From assembly GCA_963728205.1 (NCBI GenBank), contig CAVSIV010000001.1, positions 1,056,001 through 1,120,000 of the forward strand: a DNA stretch of 64,000 bases. Reading direction: 5' to 3'. This document shows positions 8,478 to 18,659 of this stretch, one piece after another. Each line of letters opens with the position of its first letter. The first letter of the stretch is position 1. This DNA is from an uncultured Chloroflexia bacterium. GTDB taxonomy: Bacteria; Chloroflexota; Dehalococcoidia; UBA2979. A model generated the notes under the pieces. It worked only from the letters and a program-made list of their open reading frames with translations, had not been told where the DNA came from and did not search any database. The translations under genes and the position numbers were made by a program.

Positions 8478-11030
8478 TCACTCGGCGTCGAACGGCCGCG
8501 GGAACGCGGGCTTGCGGTCGTCGCCCGCCCCCGCGCCCACGCCGGACGGCGGCTCGAACGCCGCCGCGGCCGCCGCGAGCGACTCCGGTCCGGAGCCCGG
8601 CTCCGCGCCCACGAGCACGTCGCGCGACCCGCCGCTGCCGGTCGCGCCGGAGACGATGCCCCGGCTCTCGAGCTCGTCCATCAGCCGTGCCGCGCGCGGG
8701 TAGCCGATGCGGAGCTTGCGCTGCAGCATCGACGTCGAGATCGAGTGGTGCTCGCGCGCGAGCTCGATCGCGCGGTGCAGCATCGGGTCGTCGTCCGGCG
8801 TCGAGCCGTCCTCCGTCATGTCCTCGACCTCGCGCTGCGCCTGCTCGAGCATGTCGTCGAGCTTCTCGGGCGCCAGCTCCGCGAAGCGATCCGACGTCCA
8901 GAAGCTGACCAGCGCGTCGATCTCCTGGTCGGAGACGAAGGCGCCCTGCACGCGCTTCGGCTTCTGCGCGTCGGGCGGCACGTAGAGCATGTCGCCGCGA
9001 CCGAGCAGCTTCTCGGCGCCGCCGTGGTCGAGGATCGTGCGCGAGTCCACCGACGACGAAACCGCGAACGCGATGCGCGTCGGGAAGTTCGCCTTGATCA
9101 GGCCCGTGATCACGTCGACCGATGGGCGCTGCGTCGCGACCACGAGGTGGATGCCGGTGGCGCGCGCGAGCTGCGCGAGTCGCACGAGCTGGTTCTCCAC
9201 CTGGTACGGCGCGACGAGCATGAGGTCGGCGAGCTCGTCGATGATCACGACCCAGTACGGCAGCCGCGCGTCCGGGTGCGTCTCGTTGTAGCGCTTGATG
9301 TTGCGCACGCCCTCCTTGGCGAAGCGGCGGTAGCGCGACTCCATCTCGTTGATCACGGCCTGCAGCGTGCCGACGACGCGGTCCATGTCGACGACGATCT
9401 CGGAGAACACGAGGTGGGGGATGTTCGCGAAGCCGGAGAGCTCGACCCGCTTCGGGTCGATCATCACCATGCGCAGCTCCTCGGGCGAGAAGTTCATCAG
9501 CAGGCACGTGATGATCGTGTTCAGGCAGACCGACTTGCCGGCGCCGGTCGCGCCGGCAATCAGGACGTGCGGCATCGTTGCGAGGTCCGCGACCACCGGA
9601 TCGCCGGAGACGCCGGCACCGAGCGCGATCGGGATGGCGCCGGTCTTCAGCGCCTTGGTGTAGTCGGGCGACTCCATCACGCCGCGCAGCGGGACGAGCG
9701 CCGTCGTCTGGTTCGGCACCTCGATGCCCACCATCGGCTTGCCCGGCACGGGCGCCTCGATACGCAGCGCCGGCGCGGCGAGCGCCAGCGCGAGGTCGTT
9801 CTGCAGCGCGGTGATGCGGTTCACGCGGATGCGCGTGCGCGAGACCTCGACCTCCTTGGAACGCGGCTGGCCGTCGGGACCGAGGATCGGCTGGCCGGCG
9901 GCGTCGCGCTCGACGACGAACTTCGTCTTCACGTCCCAGCCCGGCTCGACGCCGAATTGCGTGACGGTCGGGCCCTCGTTGACCTGAACGACGGTGGCGT
10001 CGACGCCGAACGAGGCGAGCGTGTCCACGATCAGCTGCGCACGCCGCTCGTTGTCGACCGCGCTGCCCTTGTTGGGCTCCGCGACCTTCAGGTACTCGGT
10101 CGGCGGGAGCTGCCAGCCGTCGGCGGAGTGGCGCAGCGCGCCGGCCGGCGTGTCCATGTCCATCGGGATCTGCGACGCCTTGCGGCTGCGTCCGCGCTTC
10201 GGGCGTGAGGCGGCGTCGGGTTCGGCGGCGGCATCGGTCGCCGCGGTTGCCGCCGCGGCGGGCGCGGGCCGAACCGGCGGCGTGGCCGCGCCGGCGACCG
10301 GAGCGGCCGTCGCGGTGCGGGCGGCGGCGGCCGCCATCGGCTCGCCGAGGTCGACCGCGAGCGCCGCGCCGCGCCGCTCCTCGCGCGCGACGGCCCGCCG
10401 CAGCGCGACGGCGCCGCGGCGGATGCCGCGGCCGGCAGCGCGGTGCAGCCCGAGCGCCCACAGCCACGCCACCGCGTACCCGATGTGCCCCGGCGCCGCC
10501 CGCAGGATGCGCGCGGCCGTCCGCGGCCACAGCAGCGAGAACGCCGCCACGAGGGAGGCGAGCCACGCGGTCCAGCCGATCACCCCATCCGCGAGCAGGC
10601 GGCCGGCATCGCCGCCGGCGGAGTGCACGTGCAGGTCGACGCCTCCGACCGACGTCTGCGGATACCAGCGCCCGAGCACGCCGGCGACGAAGATCGCGAA
10701 CGCCAGCGCGCCGGCGAGGCGGCGCGCTGGCGCCGGCCGGGTCAGCCACGCGACGCGCCTCAGCGCCATCACCAGCCCCACGAGCGCGACCACCACGGCC
10801 GCCGTGAACGCGTGCAGGCCCAGCGCCTGCACGATCACGTCGCGCGCGTCCGGCAGCACGCGCGTCAGCGGCGGGACCAGGTATGCGATCGCGGCGACGG
10901 CGATGACGACGAGCAGCGCACCGACGAGCTCGGGGCGCGCGACGGCGCGCCAGGCGGTCGTGATGTCGGGGATCTGCGGCAGGCGGCGCGCGCGGGTCGC
11001 GCGCGCACGGCGGGTCTTCGTTCGAGCCAT
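8478..11030 (-). CDS. ftsK: DNA translocase FtsK/SpoIIIE
   Basis: N-terminal TM segments, PHVLIAGATGAGKS, IIDELADLM, ATQRPSVDVITG, gamma domain STSMLQRKLRIGYPRAARL. Confidence 0.96.
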   Translation of the reverse strand: MARTKTRRARATRARRLPQIPDITTAWRAVARPELVGALLVVIAVAAIAYLVPPLTRVLPDARDVIVQALGLHAFTAAVVVALVGLVMALRRVAWLTRPAPARRLAGALAFAIFVAGVLGRWYPQTSVGGVDLHVHSAGGDAGRLLADGVIGWTAWLASLVAAFSLLWPRTAARILRAAPGHIGYAVAWLWALGLHRAAGRGIRRGAVALRRAVAREERRGAALAVDLGEPMAAAAARTATAAPVAGAATPPVRPAPAAAATAATDAAAEPDAASRPKRGRSRKASQIPMDMDTPAGALRHSADGWQLPPTEYLKVAEPNKGSAVDNERRAQLIVDTLASFGVDATVVQVNEGPTVTQFGVEPGWDVKTKFVVERDAAGQPILGPDGQPRSKEVEVSRTRIRVNRITALQNDLALALAAPALRIEAPVPGKPMVGIEVPNQTTALVPLRGVMESPDYTKALKTGAIPIALGAGVSGDPVVADLATMPHVLIAGATGAGKSVCLNTIITCLLMNFSPEELRMVMIDPKRVELSGFANIPHLVFSEIVVDMDRVVGTLQAVINEMESRYRRFAKEGVRNIKRYNETHPDARLPYWVVIIDELADLMLVAPYQVENQLVRLAQLARATGIHLVVATQRPSVDVITGLIKANFPTRIAFAVSSSVDSRTILDHGGAEKLLGRGDMLYVPPDAQKPKRVQGAFVSDQEIDALVSFWTSDRFAELAPEKLDDMLEQAQREVEDMTEDGSTPDDDPMLHRAIELAREHHSISTSMLQRKLRIGYPRAARLMDELESRGIVSGATGSGGSRDVLVGAEPGSGPESLAAAAAAFEPPSGVGAGAGDDRKPAFPRPFDAE

Positions 11031-11103
11031 CGCTCTACTCCTCAAGCGCGCGCGTCCCCGCCAGTCCGTGCGCGTCGTCCGGGTCGTGTCGGAACCTGTG
11101 CGG

Positions 11104-12768
11104 CTACACCTCCAGCATCACCGGGATCACGAGCGGCCGCCGATGCGTCCGCCGGTGCAGGAAGGCGGCGACGTCGTCCTTCAGCGTCTCGTGCAGCGCC
11201 TTCCAGTCGACCTTCTGGTCTTCGCCGCCCAGTGTATCGATCACGATCTGGCGCGCACCCTCGAGCAGCGCCGGCTCCTCCTCGGGGCCGACGAAGCCGT
11301 GGGACATCACCTCGGGCGGCCCCGTGAGCTTGCCCGTGTGGCGGTCGATGGCGGCGACGAGCACGAACATGCCGTCGGAGGCCAGGTGCTGGCGGTCGCG
11401 CAGCACGACCTGGTCGACGTCGCCGATGCCGAGCCCATCGACGTAGATGTAGTTGGCCGGCACGTGGTCGACGACGTCCGCGCCGTCCTCGTCGATCTCG
11501 AGCACGTCGCCGTCGGTCATGACGAAGGCGTTGTCCTCGTCCATGCCGAGCGAGATGGCCAGCTGCTGGTGCAGCACAAGGTGGCGGAACTCGCCGTGGA
11601 TCCCGAGGAAGTACTGCGGCCGCACGATGCGGTGCACGATCTTCAGCTCCTCGCGCGAGGCGTGTCCGCGCACGTGCACGTCTGCGAGGCGGTTGTAGAT
11701 CACGTTGGCGCCGGCCTCGAAGAGCGAGTCGATGTTGCGATAGACGAACTTCTCGTTCCCGGGCACCGGGTTGGACGAGAGGATGACGGTGTCGCCCTCC
11801 TCGATCGTGATGTGCTGGTGCGTGCCGTTGGCCATGCGCGTGAGGGCCGACGTCGGCTCTCCCTGCGATCCGGTGCAGATGATCACGGTGTCGCGCGACG
11901 GGTGCTCGCGCATCTCGTTGACCGACATCAGCACGTTGCCCGACGTCTTCAGGTAGCCGAGGTCGCGCGCCATCTGCACGTTGTTCACCATCGAGCGGCC
12001 GGTGACGAAGACGCGGCGGCCGTGCTTCTCGGCGGCGTCGATCACCATCTGGACGCGCGAGATGAGCGACGCGAACGTCGTGACGATCACGCGGCCCGGC
12101 GCGTCGCCGATGGCGCGATCGAGCGTCTCCGCGACGAGTTGCTCGGAGTGGGTGTAGCCCTCCATCTCGGCGTACGTGGAATCCGCGGCGAGCAGCAGGG
12201 CGCCGTCACGCCCGATCTCGGCAAGCCGCGTGAGATCGGTGTGCTGCCCCATGACGGGAGTGTGGTCGATCTTGAAGTCGCCGGTATGGACCACCGGGCC
12301 GAGCGGCGTGTGGATGATCAGGCCGGCGGCGTCGGGGATGGAGTGGGCGACGGTGAAGAACTCGACGCCGAATTCGCCGAGGTTCACGACCTGGCCGGGC
12401 TCGACGACCGTGATCTTCGCCTCCTCGTGGAGGCCGGCCTCGCGCAGCTTCACCTGCACCAGGCCGCGCGTCAGGCGCGTGCAGAAGATCGGGACGTTGA
12501 CCTCGCGCAGCAGGAACGGGACCGCACCGATGTGATCCTCGTGTCCGTGCGTCAGGAAGAGGCCCTTGAGCCTGGCAGGGTCTCGCATGACATAAGAGAT
12601 CTCGGGGATGATCAGGTCGACGCCGAGGTGCTCGGCGTCGGGGAACATGAGGCCGGCGTCGACGGCGATCATGTCGTCGCCGTACTCGTACAGCATCATG
12701 TTGCGGCCGATCTCGCCGAGGCCGCCGAGGGGGATCACGCGGAGTTTGTCGGTGGTTGCTGAGCTCAT
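11104..12768 (-). CDS. rnj: Ribonuclease J
   Basis: IPLGGLGEIGRN, THGHEDHIG, HTGDFK, GSQGEP; start ATG overlaps UDG stop. Confidence 0.96.
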   Translation of the reverse strand: MSSATTDKLRVIPLGGLGEIGRNMMLYEYGDDMIAVDAGLMFPDAEHLGVDLIIPEISYVMRDPARLKGLFLTHGHEDHIGAVPFLLREVNVPIFCTRLTRGLVQVKLREAGLHEEAKITVVEPGQVVNLGEFGVEFFTVAHSIPDAAGLIIHTPLGPVVHTGDFKIDHTPVMGQHTDLTRLAEIGRDGALLLAADSTYAEMEGYTHSEQLVAETLDRAIGDAPGRVIVTTFASLISRVQMVIDAAEKHGRRVFVTGRSMVNNVQMARDLGYLKTSGNVLMSVNEMREHPSRDTVIICTGSQGEPTSALTRMANGTHQHITIEEGDTVILSSNPVPGNEKFVYRNIDSLFEAGANVIYNRLADVHVRGHASREELKIVHRIVRPQYFLGIHGEFRHLVLHQQLAISLGMDEDNAFVMTDGDVLEIDEDGADVVDHVPANYIYVDGLGIGDVDQVVLRDRQHLASDGMFVLVAAIDRHTGKLTGPPEVMSHGFVGPEEEPALLEGARQIVIDTLGGEDQKVDWKALHETLKDDVAAFLHRRTHRRPLVIPVMLEV

Positions 12769-13595
12769 AACAGGCGCTCCTGGGGCGGGTCGCGCCATAC
12801 GGGCTCGGCCGGCTCCTCTTCTTCGTCGTCGCGGGGAGGCGGTGGTGGGATGTGCAGGCCGGACAGGGTCTGCGCGCGCGGCGCCTCGGCGCGCCGGGGC
12901 GTGGGCGATGGCGGTGGTGGCGGTGGCGCGGCGGCGGAAGGCGCAGTCGCCGCGGCCGAACGCCGCGGCGGGTCGTCGCGCGCGGGCGTCGCGGCGGGAT
13001 CGGCGTCGAGCAGCGCCGGGATCTTCGCGAAGTCCTGCTTCATCACGTCGCGCAGCGCACCGTTCCGGAGCGCCGCCGCGGGGTGGTACATGGGGATCAC
13101 GGTGACACCGTCCGCGCGGCGGGGCTGGCCGTGGATGCGGCTGATGCGCGCATCGTCGAACCAGCGCGCCATCGAGAAGCGGCCGAGCGTCGCGATCACG
13201 CGCGGCTGCACCATGGCGATCTGCCGGTCCAGGTAGCTCGCGCAGGCGTCGATCTCCTCCGGCAGCGGATCGCGGTTGCCGGGCGGCCGACACTTCACGA
13301 TGTTGCAGATGTAGACATCCATGCGAGAGCGGCCGATACCCGCGAGCAGCTCATCGAGGAACTGCCCGGCACGTCCGACGAACGGCAGGCCGAGCTCGTC
13401 CTCGCGCTGACCGGGGCCCTCGCCGATGAACATCAGGTCGGCGTGCAGCGGCCCCGAGCCGGGCACCGTGCGCGAGCGCGTGCGGGCCAGCGCGCATCGC
13501 GGGCAGTCGGCGATCTCCTCGTAGAGGTCGGTGAACGCCGGGTCGGCGTCGTAGAGCGGCAGCAGCTGCGGCGGCGCGCCGGGAGCGGGCTCCAT
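12765..13595 (-). CDS. Family-4 uracil-DNA glycosylase with Pro-rich C-terminal tail
   Basis: CPRC, GEGPG, PFVGRAG, NIVKCRPP, MYHPAAALR; upstream part of the 471-aa track ORF overlaps tatC and is not used. Confidence 0.9.
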   Translation of the reverse strand: MEPAPGAPPQLLPLYDADPAFTDLYEEIADCPRCALARTRSRTVPGSGPLHADLMFIGEGPGQREDELGLPFVGRAGQFLDELLAGIGRSRMDVYICNIVKCRPPGNRDPLPEEIDACASYLDRQIAMVQPRVIATLGRFSMARWFDDARISRIHGQPRRADGVTVIPMYHPAAALRNGALRDVMKQDFAKIPALLDADPAATPARDDPPRRSAAATAPSAAAPPPPPPSPTPRRAEAPRAQTLSGLHIPPPPPRDDEEEEPAEPVWRDPPQERLL

Positions 13596-13771
13596 CACCG
13601 ACGAGGATGACACAGCAAGCGCGGTGGTCAACACGGCCGTCCTCGCGATGCGCGGGGAGAGTACGGGCTCACGTCCCGAGGTTAGCATCGGGGCGATGCG
13701 GCGGCAACGGATCGGTACGTTTGCGTACTCAGTTGATCGTTTCAGATCGGCCTCCGCGGCAAACGCCGCGA

Positions 13772-14542
13772 TCAGTTCCGCCGCACGAACCAGGCGAGCA
13801 GGATGCCGACGAAGTAGAGGCCGATGATCGGGCCGGCGACGAGCGATTGCGTGACCGGGTCCGGCGTCGGCGTCAGCACGGCCGCGACCGCGAACGCGAC
13901 CACGATCATGATCCGCCACCAGCCCAGCAGCTTGCGTGCGCTGACGATGCCGACCTTGGCCAGCCCCATGATGAAGATCGGCGTCTCGAAGACGAGCCCC
14001 GCGACGAGCAGGAGCCGCGTCGTGAGGTCGATGTAACTGCTGATGGTCGGCGTGATCTCGGCGAAGCTGCTGCCGAAGGTGAACAGGAAGCCGTACGCCG
14101 CCGGCAGCATGATGAAGTAGCCGAACGCCATCCCCCCGATGAACGCGAGCGTCCCGCCGAGGACGATCGGGATCATCCACTTCTTCTCGGTGCTCGTGAG
14201 GGCGGGGGTGACGAACCGCATCACCTGGTAGATGAGCATCGGCATCCCGAGCGCGATGCCGCCGAGCATCGCCACGCGGAAGTAGACGACGACGTTCTCC
14301 ATGGGGCTGATGGCCTGGGCGTGAAAGCTCGGGAGCTGCTGCACGGCCGGCCGCATGAGGAAGTCGATGGCGCCGAAGCCGATGGGCGGGATGAAGAAGA
14401 CGAACATGCCGAGCGCGACGGCGGCGCCGGCCCAGAAGACGCGTGACCGGAGCTCCTGGAGGTGCTCCAGGAGCGTCATCGTCCCGCCTTCGAGGGTGTC
14501 CTCGTGCGCGTCGTCGGGTTCGAGCTGTCGGTCGGCCGCCAC
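13772..14542 (-). CDS. tatC: Twin-arginine translocase TatC
   Basis: MTLLEHLQELRSR, FVTPAL, FETP, LTPTPDPVTQ; multiple TM segments. Confidence 0.95.
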   Translation of the reverse strand: MAADRQLEPDDAHEDTLEGGTMTLLEHLQELRSRVFWAGAAVALGMFVFFIPPIGFGAIDFLMRPAVQQLPSFHAQAISPMENVVVYFRVAMLGGIALGMPMLIYQVMRFVTPALTSTEKKWMIPIVLGGTLAFIGGMAFGYFIMLPAAYGFLFTFGSSFAEITPTISSYIDLTTRLLLVAGLVFETPIFIMGLAKVGIVSARKLLGWWRIMIVVAFAVAAVLTPTPDPVTQSLVAGPIIGLYFVGILLAWFVRRN

Positions 14543-14554
14543 GGTGGGTTCGGG

Positions 14555-15115
14555 TTACTGCTGCGAGCGGCCGGACGGCGGCTCGCTGGCTTCGCGCTCG
14601 CGGTCGCGCGCGCGCTTCGCCTCGAGCGCGGCGAAGGGGTCGCCCGGCGTCTGATCGCCCACGCGCTTGGAGGGTCGAATCGAGCGCGGTTCGCGCAGCT
14701 CGGCCGCCTCGGCGTCCGCAGCCGGCGCCACCGTGACCTCGGTGGGCGACGACGTGCTCTCGGCCTCGGTCGCCACGGCGGTCTGCGCCTCGGCGCTGGT
14801 CGCCTCGAGCTCGGCGCGCGTCTCGCGGCCGGCCTGGTCGAGTTCCTGCCCCATGTTGCGAAGCTCCGAGGCGAAGCCGCTCCCGAGCTCACGGATGGAG
14901 CGAAGGTCGCTCCCGCCCTGCACACCGACCTCCTGCTCGAGGTCGTCGACGGCCGCGCGCACGTCCTTCATGACCTCGTCCGTGTAGCGGCGCGCCAGCT
15001 TGTAGTAGCGCGCCGCCTGGCGCGCCACCTCGGGGAACCGGTTCGGTCCCACGACCAGCAGGGCAACGATGAGGACGAGAAAGGCCTCGCCGGGGCCAAC
15101 ACCGAAGAGATTCAT
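14555..15115 (-). CDS. tatB: Twin-arginine translocase TatB/TatA family
   Basis: FGVGPGE, one TM, VVGPNRFPEVAR, long acidic tail; upstream of tatC. Confidence 0.85.
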   Translation of the reverse strand: MNLFGVGPGEAFLVLIVALLVVGPNRFPEVARQAARYYKLARRYTDEVMKDVRAAVDDLEQEVGVQGGSDLRSIRELGSGFASELRNMGQELDQAGRETRAELEATSAEAQTAVATEAESTSSPTEVTVAPAADAEAAELREPRSIRPSKRVGDQTPGDPFAALEAKRARDREREASEPPSGRSQQ

Positions 15116-15187
15116 CGACCGAATGATACGCCCCGACGGTCCTTATGACCTGCCGGGGCGCCTGAATTCTTGCCGACGCTGGCGGGG

Positions 15188-15448
15188 CTACGCGTCGTCG
15201 ATCCCCTGGTCCTTCAGGTAATCGATCGCGTCCTGCACCGTCTGGATCTTCTCGGCATCCTCGTCCGAGATCTCCATCTCGGTGCCGTCGCCGGAGAACT
15301 CCTCCTCGATCGACATGATCAGCTCGACCAGGTCGAGCGAGTCGGCGTTGAGGTCGTCCACGAAGGACGCGCTGGGCGTCACCTCTTCCTCGTCCACGCC
15401 GAGTTGCTCCACGATCAGCGCACGGACGCGCTCAAAGACAGTGGCCAC
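15188..15448 (-). CDS. acpP: Acyl carrier protein
   Basis: [13 protein letters not shown] phosphopantetheine motif. Confidence 0.96.
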   Translation of the reverse strand: MATVFERVRALIVEQLGVDEEEVTPSASFVDDLNADSLDLVELIMSIEEEFSGDGTEMEISDEDAEKIQTVQDAIDYLKDQGIDDA

Positions 15449-15523
15449 AGTCGCCTATCCTCCCGTGTGCGATACCCGGCACGTGCCGGGGAGGTTGATC
15501 CAGGTCCTCACGTGCCCGCGAGC

Positions 15524-15997
15524 TTACGCACCGGCCGACGCGTCTGGTCCGTCGGTGTCGTCCTGGTCCGTACCGTGATCGTCGGCAGCGACGCTGAGCG
15601 CGACCGCGCCCAGCACCCCGTTTACGAAGCGGCCGGACGATTCCGAGCCATATCCCTTGGCAATCTCCACCGCCTCGTTGATGGCGACGCGGAGCGGAGC
15701 GCGGCGATTATCGAAGAGCACTTCATAGATTGCAAGGCGAAGCACGTTGCGGTCGACGGGCGCCATGTCGGCGAGCGGAAACGCCGCCGCGTAGCGCCGG
15801 ATCACGTCGTCGATTGCATCACGCTGCGCCGTCACGCCTTCCACCAGCTCATGGGCGAATCCGCTCGCCTCGCCGCTGAGCGGCGACTCGGCGAGGTGCC
15901 GCGCGAGCACCTCGAGCGGCGGCCGCGCGGTGATGTCGGCTTCGAACAGCGCCTGGAACGCGGCGATGCGAGAGCGGCGGCGGGAGCTGACGGGCAT
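15524..15997 (-). CDS. nusB: Transcription antitermination factor NusB
   Basis: RRRSRIAAFQAL, DRNVLRLAIYE, AINEAVEIAK, FVNGVL. Confidence 0.95.
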   Translation of the reverse strand: MPVSSRRRSRIAAFQALFEADITARPPLEVLARHLAESPLSGEASGFAHELVEGVTAQRDAIDDVIRRYAAAFPLADMAPVDRNVLRLAIYEVLFDNRRAPLRVAINEAVEIAKGYGSESSGRFVNGVLGAVALSVAADDHGTDQDDTDGPDASAGA

Positions 15998-16010
15998 CTT
16001 CGCGATCGCG

Positions 16011-16778
16011 CTACGACATCACCAGGCCGCCGTCGACGGTGATCGTCTGGCCGGTGATGTACGCGGCGGCGTCGGAGGCGAGGAACGCGACGAGCGGCGC
16101 GATCTCCTCCGGCGACGCGTAGCGACGCATGGGGATGCGCTGCAGGATCGCCTCCTTTTGCTCGTCGGACAGGCCGGCCGTCATGTCGGTGAGGACGAAG
16201 CCCGGCGCGACGGCGTTGACGGTGATGTTGCGCGACGCGACCTCGAGCGCGACCGAGCGCGTGAAGCCGAGCATGCCGGCCTTCGCGGCCGCGTAGTTCG
16301 CCTGTCCGGGGTTGCCGGAGAGCCCGACGACCGACGTCATGTTCACGATGCGTCCCCAGCGCGCGCGGATCATGTGCCGCAGCACGGCCTTCGTCGCGAG
16401 GAACGTGCCGCGCAGGTTCGTGTCGAGCACGTCATCCCACGCGTCCTCGGTGAGGCGCATCACGAGGTTGTCGGCGCGCATCCCTGCGTTGTTCACGAGG
16501 ATGTGCACGTCGCCGAACTGCTTGCGGCACTCCTCGACCATGCGGTCGAGGTCCGCGCCCTTGCGCACGTCGACCTGCACCGTCGCGCAGCCGACGCCGG
16601 TCGAGCGCAGCTCGCGCGCGGTCGCCTCGGCCAGCGAGCTGTTCTCGCGGTAGGTGATCATGAGGTTTGCGCCGGCGTGCGCGAGCTCCATCGCGATCGC
16701 GCGCCCGATGCCGCGACCGCCGCCGGTCACGATCGCGGTGCGGCCCTGCAGCGACCGCCCGTTGTGCTCGGTCGTCAT
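16011..16778 (-). CDS. fabG: 3-oxoacyl-ACP reductase
   Basis: TGGGRGIG, LVNNAG, GNPGQANYAAAKAG, VAPGF; between fabD and nusB/acpP. Confidence 0.93.
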   Translation of the reverse strand: MTTEHNGRSLQGRTAIVTGGGRGIGRAIAMELAHAGANLMITYRENSSLAEATARELRSTGVGCATVQVDVRKGADLDRMVEECRKQFGDVHILVNNAGMRADNLVMRLTEDAWDDVLDTNLRGTFLATKAVLRHMIRARWGRIVNMTSVVGLSGNPGQANYAAAKAGMLGFTRSVALEVASRNITVNAVAPGFVLTDMTAGLSDEQKEAILQRIPMRRYASPEEIAPLVAFLASDAAAYITGQTITVDGGLVMS

Positions 16779-17746
16779 GAGGTCGCCTCTCCTGCCACGA
16801 GGTCCGCGGCGGCGCCGATGTTGCGCGTCGCGAGTCCGCGGTCGATGCGCCGAATCAGTCCGGTGAGGACGCGCCCCGGTCCGAACTCGATCACCTCGGT
16901 GACGCCGCTCGCCTGCATGGCGCGGACCGAGTCCGCCCACAGCACGGGGCTTGTGACCTGGCTTGCCAGCTCCTCCGCGAGCGCGGCGCCAGAGGTGATG
17001 GGCTGCGCGGTGACGTTCGAGATCACCGCCGGCATGGGGTCACCGAAGGTCGTGTGCGCGAGCACCGCGCGCATGCCGTCGGCGGCGCTCTGCATCAGCG
17101 GCGTGTGGAACGCGCCGGAGACCGACAGCGGCACGACGCGCGTCGCACCGGCCGCGGTCGCGGCCTCGCCGGCGGCGGCGACCGCCGCGGTGGTGCCGCC
17201 GATGGTGATGTTGCCGGGCGCGTTGACGTTGCAGAGGGCGGCGCCGTGCTCGGCGCAGATCGCGCGGAGGGCGTCGGGCTCGACGCCGAGGATCGCGGCC
17301 ATGGTGCCGGGCTCGGCGTCGCATGCCGCCTGCATCAGCCGGCCGCGTTCGCGCACGAGCCGCACGCCGTCGTCGAACGACACGGCCCCGGCGACGATCA
17401 GCGCGGCGTACTCGCCGAGCGAGTGTCCGGCCACGAACACCGGTCGCTCCGTGATCGCGCCGGCGGCCACGGCCGCGGCGAGCGCGGCAACGGCGTGCGT
17501 GACGAGCGCGGGCTGCGTATTCACGGTCTGGGTGAGGTCGGCCTCGGGGCCGTCGAAGCACAGCCGCGACAGGGGGAAGCCGAGCGCGGCGTCCGCGGCG
17601 TCGAAGACGGCGCGCGCCTCGCTCGAGGCGTCGCAGAGGTCCCTGCCCATGCCGACGAACTGGGCGCCCTGCCCGGGGAAGACCCATGCGGTGTGGCCGG
17701 CCGGGGCGAGGCCGCCGAGCAGCTGCGGAAGGTCGAGGTCGGTCAC
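16775..17746 (-). CDS. fabD: Malonyl-CoA:ACP transacylase
   Basis: FPGQGAQ, TQPAL, AGHSLGEY, SGAFHTPLM, EFGPG. Confidence 0.95.
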   Translation of the reverse strand: MTDLDLPQLLGGLAPAGHTAWVFPGQGAQFVGMGRDLCDASSEARAVFDAADAALGFPLSRLCFDGPEADLTQTVNTQPALVTHAVAALAAAVAAGAITERPVFVAGHSLGEYAALIVAGAVSFDDGVRLVRERGRLMQAACDAEPGTMAAILGVEPDALRAICAEHGAALCNVNAPGNITIGGTTAAVAAAGEAATAAGATRVVPLSVSGAFHTPLMQSAADGMRAVLAHTTFGDPMPAVISNVTAQPITSGAALAEELASQVTSPVLWADSVRAMQASGVTEVIEFGPGRVLTGLIRRIDRGLATRNIGAAADLVAGEATS

Positions 17747-17850
17747 GCGGCGGACTCCCTGGTGCATCGCCCGGCGGCGCGAGGCCGACGAACGCCAACC
17801 CGGCCGCCTGGGGCCGCCGGGCGACGGCGCCACGGTCGGGGGAGGTGTGG

Positions 17851-18039
17851 CTAGCCCGCGGGCTCTTCCTGGCCGAGCGCCTGGCGCCCGCGGTACGTGC
17901 CGCAGACCTTACAGGGCTGGTGGTTGAGGTGCATCGAGCGGCAACTCGGGCACTGCACGAGCGCGGGCGCCTTGAGCGCGTGGTGGCTCCGGCGGCTGCC
18001 CTGCCGCGACTTCGGGGTCCTACGCTTCGGAACCGCCAT
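17851..18039 (-). CDS. rpmF: 50S ribosomal protein L32
   Basis: MAVPKRR, two CxxC, CGTYRG. Confidence 0.95.
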   Translation of the reverse strand: MAVPKRRTPKSRQGSRRSHHALKAPALVQCPSCRSMHLNHQPCKVCGTYRGRQALGQEEPAG

Positions 18040-18574
18040 CGCCGTCCTCCGTCGTCCTCAGCTCGTTCGCGAGGGCGCGCAGCGCGCCCCAGCGGTCGTC
18101 GCCCGCGGTGACGGCGCAGCCGCACCGCGTTTCGTTCAGGTCGACCCCACAGATGGGGCAGAGGCCCGCGCAGTCCTCCCGGCACAGCGGCACGAGCGGC
18201 AGGGCCGACTGCTCATATTGCCTGACGGCCTCGCTGAGATCGAGATGCCGGTGCTCGTCGATCAGGAAGTCGTCGGGGTCCGGCTCGCGGCCCGGCTCCT
18301 GCACGTGCGGGTCATCCGGCGCGACGTACTCCTCGTCGAAGACGAGCGGCACGGTCGTCGTGAACGGCTTCAGGCAGCGCGCGCACTCGAACTCGACCTG
18401 CTCGCTGAGCTCGGCCATCACCAGCACGCCGCGCTCGGAGCGGATCAGCCGCACATCACCGTCGACATCGCGCTGGAAGCCGGCCTCGGGCACCGCGACG
18501 AGCTCGTGCTCGGCCCGGTATTCGCGGCTGCTCCCCACCGGCTCGAGGAGCAGCGTCGAGACATTGATCAACAC
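18020..18574 (-). CDS. YceD/DUF177 family protein
   Basis: CARCL, LCREDCAGLCPICG, DDRWGAL; canonical position before rpmF. Confidence 0.92.
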   Translation of the reverse strand: MLINVSTLLLEPVGSSREYRAEHELVAVPEAGFQRDVDGDVRLIRSERGVLVMAELSEQVEFECARCLKPFTTTVPLVFDEEYVAPDDPHVQEPGREPDPDDFLIDEHRHLDLSEAVRQYEQSALPLVPLCREDCAGLCPICGVDLNETRCGCAVTAGDDRWGALRALANELRTTEDGDGGSEA

Positions 18575-18659
18575 GGGAGGGTCCTTCGGGATTGGGCTTC
18601 GATCCTAGCATCGCGCGAGCGGGCCCACGAGCGGTGCGCGCCCGTAGACTCGACCGGCG

